DNA of 61,036 nucleotides, filler included. It is 13 parts of 13 records of this genome, joined end to end, with 100 filler letters (N's around TTAATTAATTAA, not from the genome) between each part and the next. Parts side by side here need not be neighbours in the genome. Positions count along the whole stretch, not along the records: positions 3,103 to 11,511 come from SRR7504441_26316; positions 11,612 to 16,329 come from SRR7504441_26470; positions 16,430 to 20,360 come from SRR7504441_26489; positions 20,461 to 25,820 come from SRR7504441_26592; 9 more parts are not named here. One strand, 5' to 3'. Positions 8,761 to 21,271 of the stretch are shown one piece after another. A program made the position numbers and the translations under genes. Within the stretch, counting starts at the first letter, position 1, and each line of letters opens with the position of its first letter. The notes beneath the pieces are model-generated. The model saw nothing but the letters and a program-made list of their open reading frames with translations, was not told the DNA's origin and searched no databases.

Positions 8761-11389
8761 CTATACGTCATGCGGTATCAAGCCACCCATCTCGGCTACT
8801 AACTCGTCATATGCAGCACCCTCCATCGGGCCGTATCTATCTAGCTCCATCGTGAAGCTCCCTTGGCCTTTCGAAAGCGACCGGAGTAGGCTTGAGTACC
8901 CGACCATGTGTGACAGCGGCGCTTGAGCCCGCACGATCTGCAGACCAGTCGGTAGCACCTCGACCTGCTCGATCGTGGCGGCCCTGCGCGAGGTGAGATC
9001 GGCCATCACTGGTCCGACGTAGTCGCTGGGTGCACTCAGCTGGAGGCTCATCATCGGCTGTGGCACAATCAGGACAAATGCAGCAGCCGGCTTGCGCACC
9101 TGAAGCATCGTGGGCGATGCCTGTAGCAAACAGGCGGTGCACCACTTCCTAGCAGCCAAGCGCAGGGCCAGGCCCGCATCAGCTGCCAGCCGCAGGTGAC
9201 CACGGGCTGCATGGCCTATGCTCACTCGGGCTCGCGCTTGCTGCTTCGAGATCAGCCATCTCGAGCGACACGCTCACCCCAGTCAGAGGGTACCCGAGCA
9301 ACACTCCCCGATGGCCTGTCCCCTGAGTCAGATTTGATCCCAGCTTCGGGCACAAGCATCGTGGATCCCATCGGTGACGGCTTCCAGCCCGCCACTGTGA
9401 AGACGCTCCCGAAGCTCCTGCCCAAACGAGACCTCTAGCGCGTCGCTCTCCGCTGGCGCTACAGAGCCTGCCATCTCCACCTGACACCGTGAGACGGGCA
9501 GTCGACAGCACGCACTGCAGAGAGCCGCGACACAGTCGGTTCGATCACAGACGCCCAGTGGTGCGACGAGAGGATTGCCTCTCGATACGCGATCTGCACG
9601 CTGCTCGCGCGTACTCCTGGCACTTTAAATTCGCGCTGCAGCCTGTCCCGGCCGTCCATCCCGTCAGTGTGCACTCACCGGTCGATCGCGAGCTCCAGGT
9701 GCAGTTCGCCCATCCCTCCCAGCAGCACCTGCAGCCGGGCGCTGGCCGGTCCCGCGCCAAACAAAACCTGCCCCGTGTCTTCGCTGTTGCTGTGACACAA
9801 ACTGGGGTCTTCCCGTGATAGTGCTGCCAATGCTTTGTCGAGTGCCGGCTCTGCCAGCTGGCGTGAGCCCCGATACTCAGCAGTTGCACCGTCTGATGCG
9901 CTCTCAAGCTCCAAGGCTACTGAGAAGACCGCAGACGGCACCCGTACTCCCTCGAGCTGCCTGCACCCGCCAGCTGGCCTGCTCAGTCTCGTTTGCCCTC
10001 ACCCCGAGGCGCTCTTGGGGCTCAGCAGCGTATCGCCTGTGCGAGTGGCCTTGAGCCCGACCGCAGCCCCGATCTCGCCAGCCTCAAGCCGATCCACCGT
10101 CTCCATCTTCCCGCCACGGATCTGCCTCAACACGTTCAGGCCGGCCCTGCTGGCCTGCCAGTGCTGCCTGCATCAGCCGGAGCACTCGTTCAGGCTTCTT
10201 CAGCGTCGAGTTCTTGAGCATCTGACCCCCCTTCGGTGTGAACCGATAGCTCTCATACCATCCCCGGAGTGACAGCACCCGAGTACACCCGCATGAACAC
10301 AACCGGGGCCTGCTGCGAGTCGTGCACCACCTATATCGCGCTCACCAACTGCCCCCGCCCACGGGCTGCCTTAAACGCCAGAGCAGTTGTCTCGGCCAGC
10401 GGGCTGGACGCCCCAATCAACTCTGGCGCGCCCGAAGGCGGCTTGAGCAGCTCTGCTACGCCGTCCATCAGTTGCTCCACGCCGCCCGAGTCGTGCAAAG
10501 CCGATCCGAGGTACACAGGCACCAAAAGCCCGGCGGCAGTTGCTCGGGCTGCCGCCGCCATGACCTGCTCCGCGGTGATCTGATCCGGGCTCTCCAGGAA
10601 TGCATCCATCAGCGGCTCGTCGTGGCAGGCCAGCAGCTCCAGCTGCCCCCCCGTAACGCCCTTCCAGTCTCGGCGTACCATCGCCTCCCGCTCGGCTGCG
10701 AACCCGTCCGTTGGCTCGACTAAACTCACTGCGCCGGTCCATTCGTCGCCTTGGTAGACCGGTGCCTGCATCGGGAGCGGCTCCAGCCCGAGCTTGGAGC
10801 GCATCATGCCCAGCGTCCGCTCAAAGTCGGCCCCCATCCGGTCCATCTTGTTCACAAACGCCACCGCCGGCAGGCCGAATCGCGAAGCCTGCCGCCACAC
10901 CTGCCGCCCGTCCTGCCCCCCCGGCCGCCGGCCGCCACACCGCCTCGGTCTGCGCCTCGACGCCGGCCACCGCGTCAAATATCAGCACGGCGTTGTCCAG
11001 CACGCGCACCGCCCGCTCGACCTGCCCGAGCCGCTCAGCCGCCACCCAGCGCCGGCAGCGGCCTCCACTGTGAAGTCGGCGTGCCCCGGCGTGTCGATCA
11101 GGTTGATCTGGCGGTCGCGCCAGTCAAACCCGATGGCTGCGGCCTGAATAGTGATCCCGCGCTCGCGCTCCTGCGGCATGTAGTCGGTGACCGTGTCGCC
11201 CGAGTCTACCCCGCCCAGCCGACGGGTGACTCCGGCCAGGTGCAGCATCCGCTCGGTGGTGGTGGTCTTGCCCGCGTCCACGTGCGCAATCACCCCGATG
11301 TTCCGGATCCGCTCGGCGCCAGCCGAGAACCCCCGACCCCCTGCCCTCCGTAGCCTCCCCCCAGCTCCCCATAGCCGCCCGAACCACAT
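8761..11389 (-). CDS. GFM2: Mitochondrial EF-G2 / ribosome-releasing factor 2; at least 10 tiny introns
   Basis: Arg-rich presequence; [38 protein letters not shown]; domain [13 protein letters not shown]. Confidence 0.88.
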
Positions 11390-11481
11390 GCTCGCCGCTG
11401 ATCCGGCGCCGGGCGGCACCGTCTAACGGAACAAACTTTAGGTTGCAGGCACGCAATGCAAGGCGGCAAGGGCGCCCGGTC

Positions 11482-11507
11482 TAGTTAGTTAGTTAGTTAG
11501 TTAGTTA
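11482..11507. repeat. (TAGT)n microsatellite at a contig end
   Basis: 6.5 perfect units. Confidence 0.9.
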
Positions 11508-11611
11508 CCGANNNNNNNNNNNNNNNNNNNNNNNNNNNNNNNNNNNNNNNNNNNNTTAATTAATTAANNNNNNNNNNNNNNNNNNNNNNNNNNNNNNNNN
11601 NNNNNNNNNNN

Positions 11612-14229
11612 GGCAGCCCCAGAACGCCGCGATGAAATCCAACCCGGGCAGGTACATTAGCACCGCTCGATCGTTTTGCTTGCAGCCCCACTTGTGCAGC
11701 AGCGCGCAGCAAACTGCGTTTGCCCACATCTCCAGGTCTAGGTAGGACCAGCTGGTCTGCTCTTGGCCCTTGTCGTCTAGCCAGGTGTAAAGCGTCTTGT
11801 CGGGCTGCAGCTGGTTCCAGTGTCGGAGCGCGTGCGCCACCGTGGCATGTGCGGGCTGGGTTGGCTCTTGCTGTTCAGGTGCACCGATAGTATTTTCGTC
11901 CGATGCCCAGCTAGCCCTCTCTAGCTCGAGTGCATCCTTGGCTTGAGCTAACAGTATAGGATTGAGTAGAGTCGTTGGTGCTGCCGCGACTTCAGTACCG
12001 GTTCTTGGTTGGAGACTTGCCACAGGCTCCTGCCGCCTAGTAGCATGCCTGGGATTGATCGACTTCGACTTATTTGACTGCTGAGGCACCACACCAATCG
12101 AGGCTAATGTAATGCACTCATTGCTGTCCAGACCAGAGCTGGTGCCATCAGAAATTTCCGCCGGACCAATGATGATGGATGCTGGCTCGTGTAATCCGAT
12201 AGTCGGGCCGGGCTGATTGGGAACGGGCCGTGACCCTGCTTGGCACACTCCGGCACCAAATAGCTGCTCATGTGGTTGTGCCGGTGTGCCGATCCATTTA
12301 CCAGTCGATAGTGTGGCACAGCAGACAGATGAATTTGGCATCAACTGTGCGCCGTCCTCCATCACAGTCCCAGGCAGAACGACACTACCAGTGCTATTGC
12401 TGCAGCCCTTGCCAATGCGCACTGGCCTGATGTGCAACAGACCCGTCCAAATATCGTGGCAGTACACGCTGCTAACAATGCTTGAACTGTTCCCAATACT
12501 GAGCAGCTCGAAGCAACTCCCCTCGGTGATTGACACTCGTACTCCACAACCAAGGTCCGCGCCCAGGAGCCGCAACCAATAAACCATGAAGATGCTACCT
12601 TCAAACAGCGGGCTGGCGGCTGCATGTACTGTTCGGAACAGCAGCTGTCCATACCACCACTTGACGAACGGCAAGCTCCACAACTTGTACGAACCTGTAC
12701 CCACAGGCACCAGACATCGTAGCAGGACCACGATCACTATCTGGCACATGAGTAGGGGTAATACTAGCAGTGGAAGCATGTACAGCGAAGCCTCTTGGTC
12801 CACATGCTGTGCCACCAACCCCAGCAGCAACCAACCTGGGAAGATGGCGATAGCCCAGATTACTGGAAGGCTTGCTAGTCCTAGCAAGTGCACTCCGAGA
12901 ACAAAGAAGCTGCTGAGTGAAGAGTGCTGCGTAGTTGGTTGACACACTAGCCTGTAGTCACCCGAATCGAACTTCATGTACTCCTGCTCTTGCAGTCTTT
13001 TGTCACTAAGCTGAGTAGCGACCCATGTGCTCAGCTTTCGCAGAGTGTTGTACTCAAAAACGATCATAGGTGTGGTCACCACATGGTATTTTTCGGTGAG
13101 CCTCGCGGCAAGTCTTGTAGCGTCCTTGCTGGTAAAGCCGGCGCTGAAGAAGTTCTCATCAGGATTCAGACTCTGTTCAGTTGCAAGTAACCCCCGAAGC
13201 TCTTTGATAAAACTGTCGGCCGATGCAACATCTTGGCAAAGCTCGCAGTCGGTGGCACACGGCCCGGCGATCTCGGATTTCGTGTTCATGACACAAGCTG
13301 GACACGACTTGATGGGGTTGAGCTGAATGTCCTCGACCCGTGCGCTTTGGGTGCGCCTCATTTGATGAATGCACAAAAAGGTAGAAATCGTGTACAGAAG
13401 GCACAGTAGCAAGATGGCTGCAAAGATTCCCAAAAAAGCAAATTCATGCGCTCGGAGGCCTGGCTCCGGATTTGAATTGCAGGTGTTACATTCGGACTCA
13501 CCGCAGCCACTGAAGTGCGCGAGTTGGATCGTGCCATCGCTGCTCTGTGTCAATACCGTTAACTGGCTAACCTCGGAGTTGCCCTCAGGTGAAGATCGGA
13601 TGGGTCCTGCCTCGGCTAAAAGTTGGCCGGCTGGATCGAACGCCCCGATCTTGATCCGAATCTCACCAGTTGGCAACATATAATCTATTGTCACTGACTG
13701 GCCATAGCCCGACGGAATAGTTACCACCTGCTGCCACAACTCCGAGCCCCAAACTGCGACTGAAGCGGTGACAGGGCCTGCGGTCCCATAGTTGGCCAAG
13801 ACGAGCCGCTGCTTGTTGACCTGAACCAGATCGCCGCCACCGTACCACCGGAGTGCGTACTGCACCGAGTCCTCTATCGCCACCAGTGCGATTAGGTTAG
13901 TCGCCTGACACGATACACTAATCTGCACACTCACAGGGCCGGCCAGTAGTGATCCATCCGCACCAAATGCCTGCCACACACCAGTAGGCACTGGCCTCGA
14001 GCCGCACGCTCACCTGCACGTCGTAGGTTGTCTCGCTACAGTCGAAGTACGACGCCTCGCCGTAACGGGTGATACTCGAGGCCACACGGGCGCTTGATGC
14101 AGCTCGTGCCACTAGGTAGGCGCCAGCGGAGTTCGGGTGGGCATTTGCAAACGCGCAGATCGCCGCCACCTTTGGTACCAGCACCCAGACTGCCACGAGC
14201 ACAATCAGGGTCTTGGGAGAGGACATCAT
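11612..14229 (-). CDS. Membrane NRPS-like multidomain protein: signal peptide, two DUF4397-like repeats, TM, carrier domain, Pls-type TM/left-handed beta-helix domain, fatty acyl-AMP ligase (truncated by the contig end)
   Basis: One 43-nt intron near 13971-14013; ENFFSAGFTS...IVFEYNTLRKL (carrier); GSYKLWSLPFVKWW, WLRLLGADLG, IGKGCSNSTGSVVLPGTVM, GKWIGTPA (terminal domain); QPDKTLYTWLD...DRAVLMYLPGLDFIAAFWGC (FAAL N-terminus). Confidence 0.78.
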
Positions 14230-14834
14230 GATCGGTGCTGCGCCCTCAAGTGAGCCGGCCGCCCGGCCTGGGCCGCTTACCGCTCCGGTCGCGTCTTTCC
14301 GGCTGTCGCCCGGCAGCTTATTCGGCGACCGTCCTGGCCGTCTTTCCGCCTCCGCCTTGCCGTCCTCGGTCGACCGTGGAGCGAGCTGGCTGGCCCAGCG
14401 GGCCAATGCCAACTGCGAAGACCAGGGTCAATCGCTCAATGAAGACCGCCCCAACCGCTCAAGGCCACTTCTTAATTCTTATTAGTATACGTATACTGTA
14501 CTGGTGGAAAGACTGGAAACCTACCAGGTACCGTGGAATCCTCACGATTCTACCAGTGTTTCTTTTTCCATTTAGTTTAATCCGACCCCGCCCAGCCGGA
14601 TCCAGCACCATCGCAGCCGCATTTTCACCGGCGCCGCCGGGCGAGGGGAGCGCGCTGATCGGGGCCATTGTGTTTTTTTTTTTCCGTAGACCGGGTTGAA
14701 TGCGCGTCGGATGCAAGATGTAAACTTCCTTCTAGATAGTGCACAACGGAGAATAACCCTCATATGTTCTATCACACGTGTGAGATTTTATCATTGATAG
14801 ATCTACATGACAATTCTACTGGTAGCGGAGCCCG

Positions 14835-16329
14835 CTAATTGAGTGCTTGAGGCGATACTTGCTCAGCCAGCGATGGGCTACTGAGCTTACAATCGCCGTT
14901 GCCGTCACTAGGGTATGGGTGGTCGTGGCTGCCCTTCTCGTCGACATGCACCACCTTGGAATACATGTCCGTGTCCACCATGCGCCTTGCAGGGCACCCA
15001 GGCCTGCTGCACCGGAAGTACTGCCGCGTCCTGGCTTGCGCCTCCTGCCCGTCGGTGGGCTTGATGGCCTTCTGCCCGTACTTGTGCCATTTGAGAGGCT
15101 CGTGGTCGGCGGGTCGGCGGACTTGTCGCTGCTTCTTCTTCGTTGGCACCTCGCTGCCCAGAGGTGAGGCCAAAGAATTCATAGGAAGTGGCGGCGCGAG
15201 CTGCTGCGGCATTAGCGACTGCATTGCCGCGTCTAGCGGATCTATCTGCTGGCTGGCTGGAAATATGGGCATCTGCTGCTGACTGCCACCATCGAGCCCC
15301 ATGTCTGGAAACGGTGGCACCCCGCCCTGCGAGATGGAACCGCCGCCGCCCCAGATCTGCTGCATGGGGTCCATCATCATACCCGGGGCCCCGAGTGCAT
15401 CCTGCGGGTCTCCCCCGGGCTGCGGTGCGCCGGCTGCAGGCTCGGATCCCGTGGTGAGATCTTCGACAGCCCAATCAAGCGCTCTGTCAAGCTCTTCCTC
15501 CTCTACAAACCACTCTGCCCAGGTGCCCTCCTTGTCGTCCCAGAGCATCATCCGCTCGCCCTTCTTCTCGTCGACCGCCTCGGTCTTCCAGAGGTCGGTC
15601 AGGAACTCGTCATCCAGCTTGCCATCCAGCACGTCGTCCAGTGACAGCTCACCGCCGCTAGGCCGGCCTCGCTTCATCCCAGGACTTGCCTCGGCCGCGT
15701 GCGCACTGCCCCCTGCACTCAGCGCCCGCACGACCCAAGCCCGTCACCTCGGATCCTCGGGCTCGACAGCTGGCTCCTGCACAGAGGGCCGAGCGGCCAC
15801 GGCGGGCTCAGCTTGCTTTCCGGTGGAGTACGCCGCAAGCGCCGCCTGCAGCGTGTTCACTTGGGGGGGGTATATTGGCGCCGGTGGCCCCATAGGCTGT
15901 GCCGGCGCGCCCCCCGTCTGTACTGCCCCTGAGGCGGGCTGCGACTCCCCCCCGGGCGACACCATGCTGCCCGGCCCGTTCCGCCAGCCGGTGGGCCAGC
16001 CGTTGTTGGCGAGCACGGGGACTCCATCTGTCTGGTCCAGCTCGCTCTTCATCCGCTCCTGGCACACCTGCTCCGCGTCGATCACCTCGCGGAACGCTTC
16101 TAGCTGGGCCGCCAGATTCCTGAATAGTGCCTCCGCCTGGTGCTGTCGACGCGCCACCAGTATCAAGTCCATCAGCGCGTAACGGGCCCGGTTCTCCTTG
16201 TCCATCCAGCACTGCCGCAGGTCGCGCTGCACGTTGAGCAGCCCCCCAGTCTGCATCGCGTACTGTTGTTGGATAGTCCTGTCGAACTGCCGCAGCGCGC
16301 TCTGGCATTCCTGCAGCTCCAGCGCGTCG
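14835..16329 (-). CDS. WRKY-domain transcription factor (5' partial)
   Basis: WHKYGQK followed by RQYFRC-x4-C-x22-H-x-H; P/Q/M-rich low-complexity region; one 42-nt intron near 15706-15747. Confidence 0.82.
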
Positions 16330-16429
16330 NNNNNNNNNNNNNNNNNNNNNNNNNNNNNNNNNNNNNNNNNNNNTTAATTAATTAANNNNNNNNNNNNNNN
16401 NNNNNNNNNNNNNNNNNNNNNNNNNNNNN

Positions 16430-16456
16430 CCTAACCCTAACCCTAACCCTAACCCT
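16430..16456. repeat. Telomere-type (CCCTAA)n/(TTAGGG)n tract at a contig start
   Basis: cctaaccctaaccctaaccctaaccct directly after the linker. Confidence 0.9.
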
Positions 16457-16488
16457 GCCCGCTTAGTGCTGCCAGGCCAAAAGCCCAC

Positions 16489-17947
<1,459 letters not shown>

Positions 17948-17953
17948 TCACGC

Positions 17954-19224
17954 TCAGATTCCGAAAGCCTCAAACACCACCCTGACCCGGGCCTCTAGCC
18001 ACGGGTGCCACACGTGAAACGGGATTGCCTCTTCGATCAGCTCATCTGCCAGCCTCCACAATTACTGATTTAGCCAACCGCCTCGCGCGCACCCCACAGC
18101 TGCTCTTGCAGCGCATAGCTGCACATCTGCCCGCCATCCTCTAACGAAGTCATGTTTAGCGCCGTTATAGTCATGTGATAGTACTCGCGCGCGGCCGAGT
18201 CACGCACTTGCGCGCCCGGCTTGCGTGCCTCCTTGCATGCGCTCCGGTTTTCCCTGCCGGCCCAGTCAGTCTTAGCTTCCTTCAGCACTGGGCACCCGTC
18301 TGGCCTGCCCAGCTCAGAGCGGCGCTGCTCTATGGCCTGCACGTGCTCATCCGGGAGAGACTTCCGGCGGCCCCTGGCCGGCTGCTCACACCGCTCCCCG
18401 ATCACCTACCGCTTATCATTCGGTTGCGGCGCCTGAGTCTCACCTCGTCAAACAGGCTGCAGCCCTCGGTGCCCCCCGTCCGGAGCTGCAGCTCATATTG
18501 GGTCACCAGGTCTCTCAACGCCTGGCTCTCGGCCCGCTCGTCCGCCAGCTGCTCCTTGACCATCTCCAGTTCCGCCTCCTGCTGCGCCTTGGCCCTCGCC
18601 AGTTCGCCTACAGCGCTGGCCAGGCCCTGCTCCTCTTCTGGCATCGACCGCCGCTCCGCCTCGGTCGCCCGCTCCCGGGCTGCGGCCAGCTCCTGCCGCA
18701 GCCGGTCGGTGCTCCGCTCCAGCCGTTGAGACTTGTCTAGCTCAGCCTCCAGCCGCCGCGCCAGGTGCTGCCCCCCGCTGCCGCCGCCGGCCGGCCAGTC
18801 TGCACCTGCAGCTCGTGCTCGACCATCTTGGTTCGCTCCGCCGCCTCGTTCCACTCGCCCTTCCACCCGGCCGCCTGCTCGGCCTGTCGCTCGAGCTCCT
18901 CCCCAAGTCGCTCGGCCGCCGCCTCCGCCGCCGCATGCGCCTCCTCGGCCTCGACCACCCGCCGCTCCAGCTGATGTGTCCGCCGGTCCGCGGCCGCCTG
19001 CAGCTCGGCCAGCTGTCGGGCGTGCTCCTCGGCCGCCTCCTCGAGCTGCAGCTGGTGCAGCTCCTCCGCCTGGCTGTTTGCGGTCTCCAGCGCGTGGTTC
19101 CGGTGCTCGAGCTGGTTCACCTGCCGCTCGGTCAGCAACCGGTCCGATCGCACCAGCCGGCCTGCGCCAGCAGCATCTTGCCCGCCTCGCCGGCCGCCAC
19201 CAGCTGGGCTTCGAGCCCCTCCAT
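17954..19224 (-). CDS. Coiled-coil protein with CC1-box-like and Spindly-motif-like sequences (putative dynein-dynactin adaptor)
   Basis: LVAAGEAGKMLL at the N-terminus, about 220 aa of coiled coil, GCSLFDE|V across an intron, C-terminal EYYHMT...LW...IPFHVWHPW; 4 introns. Confidence 0.65.
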
Positions 19225-19295
19225 CTGCAGGCACTCCCAGACCACCGCCCGTCCGCCGGCAGCTGACCGGACCGCACGGTTGGCTAACGGTTGAG
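19225..19295. promoter_or_regulatory. 71-bp bidirectional promoter containing CACGGTT and TAACGGTT boxes
   Basis: Lies between divergent ATGs 19224 and 19296; TAACGG at 19285-19290. Confidence 0.55.
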
Positions 19296-20108
19296 ATGAT
19301 CGGTAGACAGGGGCTGAGGGCGCTGGCGACCGGGCTGTGCGCCGGATCGGCCGGGTCGCTGGTGGGGATGGGCGGAGGATTTGTGGCCATACCGGCAATG
19401 ACGTCCCTTGGGCTCTCGCAGCACCAGGCGCACGCCACCTCCCTGCTGGCCGTCCTGAGCACCGGGGCCGCCGGCGGGGCCTCGTTCGCGATGGCGGGCG
19501 CGGTGGACTGGCCTGCGGCGGGAGCGGTGGCGGCCGGTGGGATCGTTACGGCTCGGGCTGGGGCGCGTGTAGCGGCCCGGATGCCAGGCTGGCTGCTCAA
19601 AGGGCTGCTGGGAGGGTTCATGCTGGCTGTGGGCCCGGCAGTATACTACAAGCCGCGGCTGCTGAGCGGCGATCGCGGGCCGCGCAGCCAAGGGCCGTGG
19701 CTAGCGGCCAAACTGCTGCTAGTGGGTGGGGCGGTTGGGATTTTCTGTGGCGTGTTCGGGGTGGGCGGAGGGGCGGTGACGGTGCCGGCCGTGGCGTTCT
19801 TCCTGCCTGAGCTGTCGCACCAGCACGCGCTCGGAACCTCACTGGTGGCCATGGTGCCACCAGCCGTTGCAGGTTTGGTGCAGCACAGCAAGAGCGGCAA
19901 TGTTGTAAGCAGGGTCGGGCTGCCACTAGCTATCGGCACATCATTAGGATCATTCGTAACCGGCAAGCTGTTGGCGCTCCGGTTGGACGACCAGACGATG
20001 CGGTATATATTTTGTGGGACCATGATCGGCCTGGGTGCCATCCAGCTCCGTGGAGCAGTTCATGCCCGACGAGCTGCTTTGTATGTAAAGCCCAGTCGAA
20101 AAATTTGA
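19296..20108 (+). CDS. Sulfite exporter TauE/SafE (TSUP) family membrane protein, intronless
   Basis: Two halves with GMGGGFVAIP...AHATSL and GVGGGAVTVP...ALGTSL; hydrophobic helices. Confidence 0.9.
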   Translation: MIGRQGLRALATGLCAGSAGSLVGMGGGFVAIPAMTSLGLSQHQAHATSLLAVLSTGAAGGASFAMAGAVDWPAAGAVAAGGIVTARAGARVAARMPGWLLKGLLGGFMLAVGPAVYYKPRLLSGDRGPRSQGPWLAAKLLLVGGAVGIFCGVFGVGGGAVTVPAVAFFLPELSHQHALGTSLVAMVPPAVAGLVQHSKSGNVVSRVGLPLAIGTSLGSFVTGKLLALRLDDQTMRYIFCGTMIGLGAIQLRGAVHARRAALYVKPSRKI

Positions 20109-20114
20109 TCATGA

Positions 20115-20360
20115 TCACTTTCTGTGGTAATAAAGACTATGTATTCCGCTAGCAGCACTCACCGCTAGGCCGGGCGCATTTGGAGCCATCTGGTTCTGCG
20201 TTTGTGCTTCATCCGTTGACCGCGGCACCTACGATTAGCGAGACGACCATGAAGATCGGGACCACAACCACAGCAGCGAGGAAGGAATAGAACCATTTGA
20301 GGTTGGCCCCGCCCACGCAATGGCCCATGAACGGACAGTGATGGTCCACTGCCAACAGGG
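20115..20360 (-). CDS. DHHC palmitoyltransferase, 3' fragment (absent from the ORF track; exact end uncertain)
   Basis: Minus strand reads DHHCPFMGHCVGGANLKWFYSFL after a CAG acceptor. Confidence 0.8.
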
Positions 20361-20460
20361 NNNNNNNNNNNNNNNNNNNNNNNNNNNNNNNNNNNNNNNN
20401 NNNNTTAATTAATTAANNNNNNNNNNNNNNNNNNNNNNNNNNNNNNNNNNNNNNNNNNNN

Positions 20461-21018
20461 CATTGGGCCCTGGTGGAAGGACGCCGTAGGCTCGAGCAGG
20501 CTTCGGCCCAGCTGGAATGCCAGCTGCTTGGTGCGTCTGATCAACGCAAGAAGCTGTCAGGGCAGCTTGGTTGTAAGTACGAAGCTGAAGTGAAAGCGAT
20601 CTTACAGATAGTCCTCGATATTGCAAAGCGGTACACATATGTGACGACCTGTCAGGGCAAGCGGTCCTTGGCACTAGCATTTGCTGAACTTCCGATGGGA
20701 CTGAGCCACAGCGTTGCTGAGGCTGCAGGTCCTTCAGCTCAACCATGCGTGTATTCAGCAATCGTGGAGCTTCCTGATGAGATTGACGGTCTTGCCAATG
20801 GTTCTGCCGATTTTAAGTTTCGTGAAGCCTTGAGGTCAGTACATGGGTCAGTGCATGGTCTTCTTCAAGGCAGTGATTCGCACGGTGAAGACGGCGGCCC
20901 GCGCGCTCAACATAACACAGTAGGCCGTGACATGGCTATTGAAGCGCTCTGCAAAACTCTCTCGAGCCTCAAAGCCTATAGCCAGGCACGGCCATCCTTC
21001 ATGATCAATGACATCTGA
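20461..21018 (+). CDS. 3' fragment of an unknown helical protein
   Basis: Open frame from the contig start to TGA at 21018; no motif recognised. Confidence 0.45.
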   Translation, partial: HWALVEGRRRLEQASAQLECQLLGASDQRKKLSGQLGCKYEAEVKAILQIVLDIAKRYTYVTTCQGKRSLALAFAELPMGLSHSVAEAAGPSAQPCVYSAIVELPDEIDGLANGSADFKFREALRSVHGSVHGLLQGSDSHGEDGGPRAQHNTVGRDMAIEALCKTLSSLKAYSQARPSFMINDI

Positions 21019-21271
21019 CTAACAACATCATGTAACCTTAGTGTAACCTCATTATAACCTCATGAATGAATGAGACCGACTTCAACTTTAATGTATCACT
21101 TCACTCGTGATTGAGTGTCCAGCAAGATGGGAATCAAACTCGAGACGTACTACTTCATACTAGTTACATACATACCGGTAGCTTGATCTAGATAGCCTAG
21201 CTAGCGCTTAGACACAGCACATTCGTTCCACCTTGGAGTAACCTTGGAGCTCGAGTACATTCCACACGCAT

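Noticed and set aside
14575-14690. GC-rich island ending in T11, a possible Pol III ncRNA or short minus-strand ORF starting at 14668
   Set aside because: No A/B boxes or recognisable RNA fold; the ORF decays into AT-rich sequence; neither reading is supportable
11612-16329. NRPS-like gene next to a WRKY factor as a regulated biosynthetic cluster
   Set aside because: Only two genes on a short contig, no tailoring enzymes visible; adjacency alone is not evidence
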